A DNA stretch of 64,000 bases. Origin: Tubulanus polymorphus. Lineage: Eukaryota; Animalia; Nemertea. Made by a program: the position numbers and the translations under genes. The first letter of the stretch is position 1. The number at the start of each line of letters is the position of its first letter. Below the pieces are notes generated by a model, which saw only the letters and a list, made by a program, of their open reading frames with translations, made no database searches and had not been told where the DNA came from. The stretch lies in the NCBI RefSeq assembly GCF_964204645.1, contig NC_134028.1:744001-808000 (forward strand). Direction: 5' to 3'. This document shows positions 25,158-37,240 of the stretch, one piece after another.

Positions 25158-25593
25158 AACTATTAACTCGAGGAGTGACTCATTGAATACATATATTTCA
25201 CTCGTCTGAAAGTGGCGACGGTTTTTTCCCCTGATAAATGATAGTTGCGAGGCCCGCGTGAATGTTTGTTTGTTGTTGACGAGTTGAACTCGACTCTGCA
25301 TGCCTCGGCGACTGTCAGCAATTTAAAACTAATTCTAATTATGCCTAGTACTCGTTGGTCAGTACACGGCTATAGGACGATATGAATTAATACAGTCGGC
25401 TTTCATGCCTTCACATAACAGAGGCAATAAAAACTAGTTAATCATTAATACGATTTAATTAGATACTCGTATTAATGCTATCTCTCATCTTTCATGCTAT
25501 AATGTACGTACATTCTGCTCGCGGGTTGTTTTCATTGAGATTTACAAATATATACGTGAACTTTTTACCTTTCGCTAAAGAGTTCAGTATATA
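25158..25593. repeat. Source copy of the 436-bp inverted duplication (non-coding flank)
   Basis: Reverse complement of 23133..23568. Confidence 0.93.
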
Positions 25594-25742
25594 ATTCCAC
25601 TATGAGAAATTTAAGAAAATAAGAAGTGAAACACCAAGGCAGTCCAATTCTTCAATGACTACGAAAACGATACGATCGAAAGAAAACAGAGTCGGAGAAT
25701 TGTTCCCTTGAGTTAGTAATTTATTTCGGCTTTATCCTAATG

Positions 25743-25930
25743 CTGTAAACCTCACCTAACCCGGACTAACCGGGACCTGGGAAGTGTCTCGGACTAACTG
25801 GGACCTGCAAAGTTGGTCCGAGGTTTAAGCGAAATCCAGTTAAGGATAGAAAAACACGTTAGCAAGTCAGAAAAATCATTTTCTTTTTTGTCCAAATTAG
25901 TCGAAAGTCCGAGTCAGACGATGTTTACAT
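25743..25930. mobile_element. Degenerate pogo/Tc1-mariner-type MITE, same family as 47947..48098
   Basis: ctgtaaacctcacctaac...ttagtcgaaagtccgagtcagacgatgtttaca; shares internal motifs with the second copy. Confidence 0.6.
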
Positions 25931-26602
25931 TCAGGAATACTGAACACTGAACTTGTTTTCAAATGATTGATGATACATTTTCGTGAATATTCTTTTTTAG
26001 AATAATCAAACCAGTGATAACCCAAGAGTAGGTTATCAGTAAGAACTTACTTTAAATCTTTGATTTACGTGTGAAGAATTGTATTCTCATTCCTCGCGTG
26101 TGGAGTGTAGGATCCTAGAATCTCATTCCTCTTGTGTTGGATCCTAGACAAAATCCTGCACTTTAAGAATCAAACCTCGAAGCCAGGAATGAGGAACCTG
26201 TTTAAATTCATATGGACAGACAACATTGCGAGTTTGTGTATATTTATAATGACTATAGTTTAAACAAACAAATGATTTCTAATTCAATATGAATTCATTC
26301 GCCTCAGATTGAACTGCGCGTGAATGACGTCATGTCTCGGGGTTCTCCCAGTGAACAGTCCTAGTCTTTATTTAGCCAGCGACAACTCGACCACCGAAAA
26401 TACGCGTCAGTAAGTTTTATTTTCGCTCTCTCAATATCAATATCTGATTAAAAGTAGAATAGCTCCCTGCCACTCAGACTGGCAGAATAGATTAAAACCG
26501 GCGAGTTGTTTACATCACGTGACCCACTCTAAACCAATCACAGAGGCTAGATAGAGTTAGCCATTGCAACGCTAGGAGTTTTTTGGCTGGTGTAGGAGAT
26601 GT

Positions 26603-27577
26603 TTACTTTCCAGCGGCTCCTGCGGCTGAAGCACAAACACCGCCGCACATAATTAGAAACTGCCTTCGAATTTCTCGTCCGAAATAAATATACAGATAAA
26701 AATTCATCGAGTAATTCAGTGACTGTATGAGCGCGCTTAACTGATAGGGGAAAGCTAAAGTCTGATCTAAACCCGGTATTAGATAAATCAGGACCAGTAT
26801 GACACATAGCGGGACTGAAGTCACGATAAAAAACACGCAAACCGATACCACCATTATCGTCGCTTGATTCGCGCTCGAGTTCGATTTACTGTTCTCAACT
26901 TTCTTCTTCATCTGATTCATATTATAGAAAATACAAGCCGTGATGAAAATAAGGCTTAAAGTCGGGTTGAAACCTTGTATAGAGACTGTGAATAGATAGG
27001 TTACTGTCATCAGGGTTTGATCGCTGAGGTAACAACCGTGTTTATCATCATAACTAACAGCCAGGAAAAACAGACTATATATACCAGCGCAGACGACGAA
27101 TGTTAGAAACGCCGTTAATGATGTCTTAGTCGGTGTCCAAAAACTGGGACCCGAAAACGGAAAGCGAATGATACAAAGACGCTCGACTCCGACCAGAATC
27201 AGGAGACTGGGTCCGTAGCAAGCGGAGGTGTTGTTATAGAACTGTTGACTCGCGCAGAGGAACCAGGAATTCACGGGGATACAAACGGAACCGTTGATAT
27301 GACAACATAACGTGTTCACTAACGTCCACATGTGAGTAGTTAGAAATGTAAAATCGGAAAAAGCGAGCGCAATGAAAAAACGACTGTAGGATAAACGGCG
27401 TAATTTAGGCGTAGACATTACTAACACTATCAACACGTTACCGACTGAGCCCAGAGATAAAACTATAAACTGATAGGTGTAATAAACCCATCTATAGATC
27501 GGGTATTGAGACACGATAGCCGGATGTAGAATCGTCTTCGTGTAACCAATAGGATTCGGATAAACAGACACATTCAT
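26603..27577 (-). CDS. Intronless rhodopsin-class GPCR (peptide-receptor-like orphan)
   Basis: 7 hydrophobic segments; GN in TM1, LAFSD in TM2, VERL (DRY equivalent), TM6 Pro, NYSMNFYLY...REIR. Confidence 0.9.
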   Translation of the reverse strand: MNVSVYPNPIGYTKTILHPAIVSQYPIYRWVYYTYQFIVLSLGSVGNVLIVLVMSTPKLRRLSYSRFFIALAFSDFTFLTTHMWTLVNTLCCHINGSVCIPVNSWFLCASQQFYNNTSACYGPSLLILVGVERLCIIRFPFSGPSFWTPTKTSLTAFLTFVVCAGIYSLFFLAVSYDDKHGCYLSDQTLMTVTYLFTVSIQGFNPTLSLIFITACIFYNMNQMKKKVENSKSNSSANQATIMVVSVCVFFIVTSVPLCVILVLIYLIPGLDQTLAFPYQLSALIQSLNYSMNFYLYIYFGREIRRQFLIMCGGVCASAAGAAGK

Positions 27578-28173
27578 TCCGCGACCGGGATTTTAGAGAA
27601 ACCTGCTGCTGCTGCTGATGGCTGCGGCTGGATGAGAGAGAACTGTTCTCGATATTTAATGTGTCATTCAGTAAATTAATATCTAAAATTTGAGGTTCCA
27701 ATTTTCTCAGCAGTTTCGTATCGGTAAACTCATTATAAGCTTAGATAATCGGCCAATTTGTGATCGATATTTATATCGATTTCCAATATAAACGGACTTC
27801 ACGTTGAATTTGTATCGATAGGAATTTGACACTGACACAGTCATCAGATTGTACCTATTCACCTTATTGATACTTCGACTCATAATTGACTTAAATTCAT
27901 AAGATAAAAACTCGGGGTTCGCACGACTCTGTGTCTTAGATTAAACTATGTTTTATTTTGTTTTTGAATGTTACAGAAAATACATTAATTAACGCGTCTA
28001 ATGTAAGACATTTATATTTTTCATTCATTTGTGACAGAAAATATTGGAGTTGAAATTTCTATATATGAAATATATATCTTGAACATTAAAACTTCCACCT
28101 TGAATTTAGATGAATGTAACATAGATGCATAAATTAGCATATATTATAGTTTATGAATAATAAAATTACAAAT

Positions 28174-31100
28174 TCAACTGTTTACAGTTCCATTCAAACC
28201 CTCGAGTTCAGTTGCAGTAGCGGGTGCTTCATCGTCGCTTCGGGTTTTAGTTTTCTTCGAACTTTTCCTAGTTGGTAAACTTTCCGGTAGAGGTCGCCCG
28301 GTAGTTTCCGGAAGTATGGTATAAAGTAAGATCGAACTAATCAGAGTGAAACCGGCATAGACTCCAAAAGGCGCAGCTTTATTGAACGTAGCCTGAAACA
28401 GGAGGAATCATTATAGCGAGGTTACAGTTAGTTTATCAGAATGTTTAGATCTGACTGACTGACCAGTAAGGCAATTTGAGGAGCCAATACTCCTGCCAGT
28501 CGAGCGGCCACGTTTCCGGCTCCGGTTGAAACATTCCTGTACAAAACATAAATCAAACTTGAATTTAATGACAGAATAGTAAATGATACAATAGTATGAA
28601 CCATAATGATGAGAGAAAATGATTTAGTGAACACCTGACGATCTGGTCTATAGAGCCGGCACCTTAGAGAAACAGGGTTCCATTGTGATTCCATCTTCAT
28701 TTCATATAATCAATGAACTACTTCTATATAAATCAACTTCTTTGACAAATTTGCTTAAAAACAAGTCCACCACATTTTACTGTGATTACCTCATTAGAGT
28801 TGGATACAGTTCAGTAGAAAACAGCAGCACTACAGACCAGGAACCAGTAATGATCATCTTGGACGTTAGAATTAAAGCTGTCTGTGGCAAGCGACTTTCG
28901 TTAGGTCGTACGATGTCCAATACAACAACTATAATCATCAGAATACAGACAATACCAGTAAACAGCGGGTATCCTTTCCTTCTTCCGATACTAGAAATTA
29001 GTATGCAAAATATCAAATATCAAGATACGATATGTTTATGATTAGATATCGATTCATATATCTCAAATATGTTTCTTACATGTTTATGAGAAAAACTAGA
29101 ACCCAACGAACTGCGGCCATTAAACCGTATATGATTAACATATTCAGGTAAATATCACCCGTGAATCCGGAGAATTGTGATTCAATTCCATAAGAGACAG
29201 TCGAACATGTAAACCTTTAAATACGAGATTAATAGAACATGTAAACCTTTAAATATGAGATAGTATTTCAGGGAATTTTTCATCATATACATTTAACCAG
29301 GAAAGTGATCTCTGGTTACTTAGATACAGCTCAATTTAGTAAAGAATTATTATCGATATTATCATTAGATAGATATATCTATATAACATACCATCCGAAC
29401 ATGATAGTCAGACTCATGATTGTAATTTTCCTAGTTGAGAATAGATGCAGATAGCTATATTTCTGTCTTTGTTGTCGTAGTTTTTCATCATGGTCGGCAA
29501 TAACCTTCAGCACACTTAGATCGGGCACCGGTTGGCGATTCACTCGGGCCATCAGTTTTAACCATCTCTCCGCTTCTTTAAATCGTTTTTTCTGCAGCAA
29601 CCAACGGGAACTTTCCGGTAAAAACCTATAGAAACCTACACACATATTTATCAATTCATCTAATTTGGTATTTTAACCAAGGTATGAATGAAAATTGTTT
29701 GTAATTCCAGTATTACATTTTACATCCGTTTCATTTAGTTAATACTACTAGACGGTAAGCTTTCTGAGAACATGAGGAAATAATTCGTTGAGGTGAACTC
29801 GGGATGGCTGCAGCTTTCTATATAATTTGGAATATATTCATGATTAAAAGAATGATTTAGATTTTCTCGTCGGAAAATGCGAAGAAATAATCGCTAAATC
29901 TACTACGAGCTACATGTATATCACATAATAGAAAATACCTGAATAATAGAAAATACCTGAATTTCTTAGAATTCGTAAATCAGATGGTTCTGATGTTCCC
30001 AGGACGCTTTTTTGTACAATAAGATGAATTCGTTAATGTGGCAAATGTAAAAGGACATATTCACTTCACTTACGCAATAGCAAACGGGAAAATTGGTAAC
30101 GACCACAGCCCGATAGCGAGACATTGTTTTCTATAGTCTCGGAGAGTGTATCCGGCTACAGTTAGAATGAGGGGTCCGAGGTTCCAACCTACGCGATATG
30201 ACAGCAATGTTCTCCACTTAGGTGCTAGATACTCGGAGAGTAGAACAGTCGTTACCGAAACAATTCCACCTAAAATGATAAAATGACACTGCAATAAAGA
30301 ATCGGAATTCAAACTCGTTGAACTTTCTCGTCGATATGAAGTGGATACTTAGAAATCTTTCCCTGATTAAAACCATTAATGGAACACTCCGAGATAATAT
30401 AAAATACCAATCTAAGAATTGAGAATAAAGTTCAACATGTTTCATTGAGCTACGGGTTTATTCAACGCTATCTAATCGAATTATTCAGTTTCCCTAAAGA
30501 TGACTTGCGGGACATAGTAAAAAATATTCCTATCAACAAAATTCGAAGAAAAGAAATGTTTTTACCTGCAGATAATCCGGTGATGAATCTCAAAGCCGTA
30601 TAGACGGTCCACGAGGGAGCTAACATCGCTAACGTCTGAACTATAATACCCAGACCCCAGGATGACAGTAAGGCTGGTTTCCGTCCAAATAGATCACTGA
30701 CTTGACTGGCAACTAATGCACCGATTAGTACACCGGCGAAAAATACACTACTCATCAATTTGGGGATGTAAGCTCGATCGCATATCAATTCCCACTGGAT
30801 AATAATATACAGATACAAATCAAAAATGAAGCGATAAAACGAGGAAATTACATTAAACTGCAGTAGATTCAGACTCCTAACTCGGTACAGGGCTATATCA
30901 GAGTGAATTTCTATAATGAAATTAGTTTTTCGAAAATTTCTCTGATTGTCAACTCCGTTGAAACATTGACAGCAGTCCCAACGCCACCGAATAGGGAAAA
31001 GTTTGTAAAATTCAGGACCCGGTTCCACAGCCGGTTGCTTAGTTAGAGTCAACTCTGAGTTTAGATGAATTTGTTTTCAAAAACCAAATATAACCCGGAA

Positions 31101-31448
31101 CTGTGAAACTGGTTCCGGTACACTGAACTAACTAACCTCTGTAACTGTACTGATGTATTTAGTGTTGAATGTAAAGTTGACGCACGGTTTTCCGTTAACG
31201 CAATATCCTTCAACAAACTCCTCACCGGACATATTACCGGTAATATTATACTCGAGATTCGGGCAATACCAACCAGGATTCGCCACATCGAGTACAAAAA
31301 ACTTTATAAACGCAGCACCAGCAGCTTCCATAATCACGAAACTTGTGAAGAGACATGCTACAAAACAGCTTCCACCAATTATATCAAATAAGTCATCAAA
31401 CTTTGGCGCTTCATGATCTTCACCGATATCGCCTTCTTCTTCCGCCAT
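28174..31448 (-). CDS. SLC22 organic cation/anion transporter-like MFS protein, multi-exon
   Basis: FDDLFDIIG, STVTE|WELICDR, SDLFGRKP, SEYLAPKWR, LPESSRWL, TELYPTLMR|N, LPETTGRPLPE; stop at 28174. Confidence 0.92.
31013..31118. mobile_element. MITE of the ggncc(a/g)gttccacag TIR family (SLC22 intron 1)
   Basis: ggacccggttccacag ... ctgtgaaactggttcc inverted ends. Confidence 0.6.
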
Positions 31449-32288
31449 GATTATATCCAAACTTTTTGTTTTGTTTCGATTGATCTTTCTTTATGTTTGA
31501 CAGTGATATTTACAGTGAGTTTATAAACTATAGATTGAAATTCCTGCTATCAATGAAGTATTGGTTTTGTCTTATCTGTTTGACCACTAAACCTTTGCTC
31601 TGCAGACTCGTATCAAAATCTAGTTTTGTGATAAGTATGTTTTACTGATAAAGTTTTTTTGTCAAAGGAGTTTAACTATATTTCAATGAAACTCTACGCG
31701 TAGTTAGACTGAATTCGAACAGTTTCGATGAGGTATTTGTTTTTTCATGATGTCAAGTTTGTTTACCGATGATAATTTTACAGATAAGATTACATTTTAA
31801 CTTTTAATACTACAGGTGGTTATCTCAATAAGGTGTTCGACGAGTACTGAAAATAAGATAATTTGTTCACGTTTTAGAAAATTTCAAAATAATCCACAAA
31901 AGAAGTTTTTATACTGCGTATTGTATATAAAATCATGTTCATGTATCTATGAATGGCACAATGGTAAAAAATATTTGAAATTTGATTTAACTTAACGTAT
32001 GTAAAAGCAAATGAATGGCGTCAATATGCATTTTATTGTGTTGAAACATGAAATATCAATACTCATAATTCTTCAGTTCATTTTGAGAGATTCCATGAGT
32101 ATCAAAAGTATAATTGAAATATCAATATGAAGCGTGTCTGGTCATTGATTCTTATTGTTGAATCATGTGTCAGTTTTTCAATAGATTTAGTCGACAAAAA
32201 CATTTATATTTTATTGTCAGAGTTTGGAACGGTGAACGCGATGCAGACCGCTGTTTGGAGAGCATGTTAGGCTAGGATCGTTCACACA

Positions 32289-33281
32289 ATGTCTATCAGT
32301 AAAAACAACAGTACTGTAGTTATTAATGATCTGGCTTACTGGATCGCTGAAATTGAGAATGTTTTCACGCCTAAAGTTGAAGACATGAGACCTTCACGAT
32401 ACTGGTTAACATTACTCATTCTGCCGTGCATTATATTCACCGGTCTTATCGGAAACATAATGACATTACTGATTATGCAAATTAAGCTGCGCAGACGAAC
32501 TTATTCCGTGTATTTTTCTGTTCTCGCTGTGACCGATTCGTTTGTGCTTGTTGGTCGACTTTTATTCTGGATGAATTTCGTGTTTAAATGTATGGGTTTG
32601 AATATAATTGTTAAATTTCGTTCGACCGCTGCTTGTTTATCGATAAACTATACGATGCACGTTTTCCAAAACATGTCTTCGTGGTTTATTGCAGTCGTGT
32701 CCATTGAACGTCTCGCTTGTGTTTCTTATCCATTTCTGACGAGACGTTTGAACAAAGTTAAAACAGCCAGAATTATAGCGTTATTAGCGACTGTAGGATG
32801 TATGCCATCAGGGTTTATACAGTTTTTTAGTGTGCGGTTTTCTCCGTCTCAGAATCGATGTGTTGTGATGAACTATCGTAATTTGAGTAGTATTTTAACA
32901 CTTGTCTATTCATTCACAGTGTTTTACATCCCGGCAACTTTCATCCTAATAGTAAACGTGCTCTTAATGGTTGTCCTTCGCTATAGAACATTCACAGGAC
33001 GCAGAAGTCAACAGGCCGAAGAGAAAGGCGCCAAAACCAATAGAGTCATCATTCTAATGACTTTAGTCGTGACATTCTCATTTTTGATTCTATGCGCGCC
33101 ACATTGGATAATGCAAAGTACAGAAGTTTACAAATCAAATATACCGTATATAAAAGTACTCAGTGATTTGTTTGTGTTGGTTTATGTCGCTAATTACGGC
33201 GTCAATTTTTTTCTCTATGTTGCAACGGGAGCTGAAATCAGAAGCGCACTTCGCAAAGCTTTATGTTGCCTCTGTATTTGA
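32289..33281 (+). CDS. Intronless rhodopsin-class GPCR (peptide-receptor-like orphan)
   Basis: N-glycosylation site NNST, GLIGN, LAVTD, SIERL, YIPA in TM5, CAP in TM6, NYGVNFFLY, C-terminal Cys cluster. Confidence 0.92.
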   Translation: MSISKNNSTVVINDLAYWIAEIENVFTPKVEDMRPSRYWLTLLILPCIIFTGLIGNIMTLLIMQIKLRRRTYSVYFSVLAVTDSFVLVGRLLFWMNFVFKCMGLNIIVKFRSTAACLSINYTMHVFQNMSSWFIAVVSIERLACVSYPFLTRRLNKVKTARIIALLATVGCMPSGFIQFFSVRFSPSQNRCVVMNYRNLSSILTLVYSFTVFYIPATFILIVNVLLMVVLRYRTFTGRRSQQAEEKGAKTNRVIILMTLVVTFSFLILCAPHWIMQSTEVYKSNIPYIKVLSDLFVLVYVANYGVNFFLYVATGAEIRSALRKALCCLCI

Positions 33282-33878
33282 ACCCCAATACTGACCTTTG
33301 AGAAAAGTAAACTTAAATTTACAATCTGAATTATAGATATTCGTGCTGTCTATCCTATCAGAAAAGTTGTAGAGGGGCCGCATCACTAGTCTAGCATGAA
33401 ATTACAAGAAATCGCTGTGTCAATGAAATGAAGCGTGAAATGAAACTGATAAAACATTAGAAGCGATAGCGTGTATTTTCTTACAGTGACCATCTACACA
33501 CAGTACGTGTGGATACTCCTAATTCTTCCCTATCAATTTGACCCGTTTGTACCAGGATTTTACCACGACCAAACCATGGAAATACGAAGGACACTGAATT
33601 CACATAAATAATGGACCCAAGACAGCAGCTTTCAGACACTAGATAAAAACTACTGTATTTCCACATTCTCGTGATGAGAGCTTACAAAAATAACTGATTG
33701 ATTTTACATGCATATATGACTTAATTCTAAATACAATTCATTCATGATAACAGAATCAGTGATATCATGGACGAAGGATTAACACGATCGAATAATCCAC
33801 TTGTTAACGTCAAAACTTCAGCAGAATCAATTCCTTCAGCTCGGTTTGTTTGAGTTAAACTACACTTAACAGTTTATT

Positions 33879-35285
33879 TTATGGTACTGCAGGTTTGTCT
33901 GTTTCAGCATTATGTCGCGGAGAATGGATAATCCGGATTCGGACTGAGGCAGAGGACATCCTTGGCTCGCGTCCGTTATCTCTGGCTATTATCGACAGCA
34001 TATATTCGTCTTTAGGTTCTTCAAGGTCGAGACGTGATCGAGTCGTTATGGCGCCCAGTTTAGAAACAGCGAATAAACGCGTAATTTTATCACCAGTATA
34101 TAATAAACTATAAGTTATTTCGCTGTTAGGACCTCTATCTCGATCCGAAGCCTGAACTTGACCAACTGTAGTGTTGATCATAACATCAGATCTGATACTG
34201 AATTCATAGTGATTATTCATAAAAACGGGTGAATTATCATTGACATCGATTACAGCAATCCTGATCGTAGCTGTCGATGTGCGCCGAGGTTCACCAGAAT
34301 CTGTAGCGAGAACTTTAAACCTATAGGTGGACTTCACTTCGCGATCTAGACGACTGTGAATAGATATAGCCTCGGTTCGAGCATTGATCGAAATCAATCC
34401 AGAATCGTCTAATATTCTGTAGCTCACACGACCGTTCGGACCCGAATCAGCGTCGACCGCTTGAACGTGAAGTAACGGGTAATTATACAATCGATTCTCG
34501 TAAATAGCTATTGGATATAAAGGTCTAGAGAATCTCGGCATATTGTCGTTTACATCCAACACGCGGATCTTAAGCGTTTCCTGTGACGTCAAATAGGGAT
34601 CACCTCGATCCCTGCAAACCAATGTAACCAGATATACTGACCTCATTTCTCGATCTAGGCGCATGCGCGTGATCAGTGTATATGCGTTACGATTCATTCT
34701 GATTAAATCGAAGGATTCCGCATCCAAACTGCAATCGAATTGACCGTTCTTACCGCTATCAGCATCAGTCACCAGTAGCTGTGCAATAAACGTACCAACA
34801 GGTGCATTTTCCGCTACCTCGATCAGTCCATTCGGTGTTAGAGTGTTTGTAGTAATAACAGGCGCATTATCATTGACATCGTGAACATTTACCTCAACAA
34901 GAATTGTCTTCACTTTGTTGTCGTTAAGTCGCTGTATTTGAGTCGTTGAGTTCTCAGAACGAGTCGCATCGACTGGAATTGTATATGATTTCTGCCTCTC
35001 GTAATCAAGCGGTTTTATCAATACAACATCACCCGAATCAGAGTCCACAGAAAATGTCTGTTTTACTTGTTCCGATGCGTTGGAGTTGATCCTATACGAG
35101 AAATCGCCTCTCATTCGGCTTCGTAGAATAGTTGAACCTATCGGTAAATCCTCGTTTACAGATGTTGTATACTCTCTCGTAGAACGAACATCATCTTGAT
35201 GTACAGACCGTGACGTGGCGCCCCCTGGTATGAAAATCATCACAGCAAGAAATAAGGCTGTGGAATATTTTAGTGCAAACTTCAT
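33879..35285 (-). CDS. Secreted protocadherin-like protein A: signal peptide + 4 cadherin repeats, no TM segment, intronless
   Basis: Likely start MKFALKYSTALFLAVMIFIPGGATS; LDYE/LDRE and DVNDN(A/M/S)P linkers; stops at AETDKPAVP followed directly by aataaa. Confidence 0.88.
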   Translation of the reverse strand: MKFALKYSTALFLAVMIFIPGGATSRSVHQDDVRSTREYTTSVNEDLPIGSTILRSRMRGDFSYRINSNASEQVKQTFSVDSDSGDVVLIKPLDYERQKSYTIPVDATRSENSTTQIQRLNDNKVKTILVEVNVHDVNDNAPVITTNTLTPNGLIEVAENAPVGTFIAQLLVTDADSGKNGQFDCSLDAESFDLIRMNRNAYTLITRMRLDREMRSVYLVTLVCRDRGDPYLTSQETLKIRVLDVNDNMPRFSRPLYPIAIYENRLYNYPLLHVQAVDADSGPNGRVSYRILDDSGLISINARTEAISIHSRLDREVKSTYRFKVLATDSGEPRRTSTATIRIAVIDVNDNSPVFMNNHYEFSIRSDVMINTTVGQVQASDRDRGPNSEITYSLLYTGDKITRLFAVSKLGAITTRSRLDLEEPKDEYMLSIIARDNGREPRMSSASVRIRIIHSPRHNAETDKPAVP

Positions 35286-35842
35286 CTTGTCGCTGTTGTG
35301 TAAAATACAGCAATGTAATCCCACTGCCTCACACACTGTATTCATTTTATATGCAATTGTCAATTACTAATTCTCTGTTGATTACTTGTGTAATTTTCGA
35401 AACGTTCACTGCAATTATCTGAGTCTGCTGGTTAATTGATCAATAACTGTAGTCTAACCTTGAGATATTTATGCGCTGTTTGTCAGGCTGGTTAATTGAT
35501 CAATATGTTGTTAACAGTGGTAATCGTGTGTATCAATTGTATAATTTCCATTTGTGTAAATATTAATTTCTTTTTTGTTTCGTTTTTGTTCGTTGTTAAC
35601 GTTGTGTGAATTGTATACACGAAATAAGTTCGATCTTGTGAATATCTGCCTTATACCCCTTCCTAGACCAGATAGATTTCAGAAAACTTGCTAATACCAC
35701 CTTAGGTTCAATGCAATACAGAATATAATTGATAAAAAGAGGAAGGATTAACACTATAGAATCTATTGGTAACTTTAAAGTTCAGCAGAATCAATTCCTT
35801 CAGCTCGGTTTGTTTGAGTTGAACTACACTTAACAGTTTATT

Positions 35843-37240
35843 TTATGGTACGGCAGGTTTGTCTGTTTCAGCAGTATTTCGCGGAGAATGGATGATCTTT
35901 ATTCGGACTGTAGTGTAGGTTCGTAGTTTTTGGTCTCCATCACCTGTCGCATATATAGTGAACTTGTATTCCTCTTTTGGTTCAAGGTCGAGTCGTGATC
36001 GAGTTGTAATAGCGCCCAGTTTAGGAGAAACAGCGAATAAGTGTCCAACTCTATTAGCGTATAGACTAGATATACTATACGTGAATTCACCGTTTATGCC
36101 TTCGTCCGGATCCGTAGCCCGGATATGACCGATTGTAGTGTTAATCGCAGCATCAGATCTGATACTGAATTCGTAGTCATCATTATCGAAACGAGGGGAA
36201 TGATCGTCAATATCGACGACAGTAACGATCACAGTAGCTGTTGAAGTTCGTCGAGGTTCCCCGGAATCTGTAGCCGTAACTAGAAACTTCAACATAGGCG
36301 ACTTATCGCGGTGAGCAACACCGATCGATATCGACCCTGTGCGGCTATTGATGCGGGTACGAACTTCCTCGGGGATAGATGCGTTAGCTATTATTCTATA
36401 CGTGATCGCGTCCATATCTGCATCGAACGCTTCAACGCGAACCATTTCATCTCGATAAAACGCGTTCTCATACATATCCGCATAAAATATATCTTTCACA
36501 AATATCGGCGCGTTGTCATTTACATCCAACACGTGCACGACTATCAGTACCTGTGACGTCATAGGGGGATCGCTCCGATCACCGCAAACAATTTGAACTC
36601 GATATTGCAACCTTCCTTCTCGATCTAGTTTAGCGGCTGTGACCATTTTGTATTCGTTAATACTTGTTCTTATCAAATTAAAAGGTTGGAATCGATCCAA
36701 AAAGGTGCATCTAAATTGGCCGTTCTTATCGCTATCAGCATCAGTCACCAGTAGCTGTGCAATAAACGTACCAACAGCTGCATCTTCCGCTACCTCGATC
36801 AGTCCATTCGGTGTTAGAGTATTTGTAGTGATAACGGGTGCATTATCATTGATGTCCTTTACATAAAATCGTATCGTCACTAAATAGGTCGGTTCGGTTG
36901 ATTTGTCATTAGAGGAGCTACTTGCATCTATTAGAATATAGTACACTTTGTGTGTCTCATAATCAAGCGGTTTTATCAATACAACATCACCCGAATCAGA
37001 GTCCACAGAAAATGTCTGTTTTACTTGTTCCGACGCGTTGGAGTTGATCCTATACGAGAAACCGCCTTCTAATCGCGCGAAAGTCGAACCTGTCGCCAGA
37101 TCTTCATTTTCGTGTATGATTCCAATTTCATCGCTTACCGCTATACGTTGAATATATTCAGAATGCGACGTGGCGCCCCCTGGTGTGGTAATCATCACAA
37201 CCAGAAATAAGACCATAGAATATCGTAGTAAACCCTTCAT
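35843..37240 (-). CDS. Secreted protocadherin-like protein B, tandem paralogue of A
   Basis: MKGLLRYSMVLFLVVMITTPGGATS signal; 4 cadherin repeats; same C-terminus AETDKPAVP and shared 3' flank. Confidence 0.88.
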   Translation of the reverse strand: MKGLLRYSMVLFLVVMITTPGGATSHSEYIQRIAVSDEIGIIHENEDLATGSTFARLEGGFSYRINSNASEQVKQTFSVDSDSGDVVLIKPLDYETHKVYYILIDASSSSNDKSTEPTYLVTIRFYVKDINDNAPVITTNTLTPNGLIEVAEDAAVGTFIAQLLVTDADSDKNGQFRCTFLDRFQPFNLIRTSINEYKMVTAAKLDREGRLQYRVQIVCGDRSDPPMTSQVLIVVHVLDVNDNAPIFVKDIFYADMYENAFYRDEMVRVEAFDADMDAITYRIIANASIPEEVRTRINSRTGSISIGVAHRDKSPMLKFLVTATDSGEPRRTSTATVIVTVVDIDDHSPRFDNDDYEFSIRSDAAINTTIGHIRATDPDEGINGEFTYSISSLYANRVGHLFAVSPKLGAITTRSRLDLEPKEEYKFTIYATGDGDQKLRTYTTVRIKIIHSPRNTAETDKPAVP

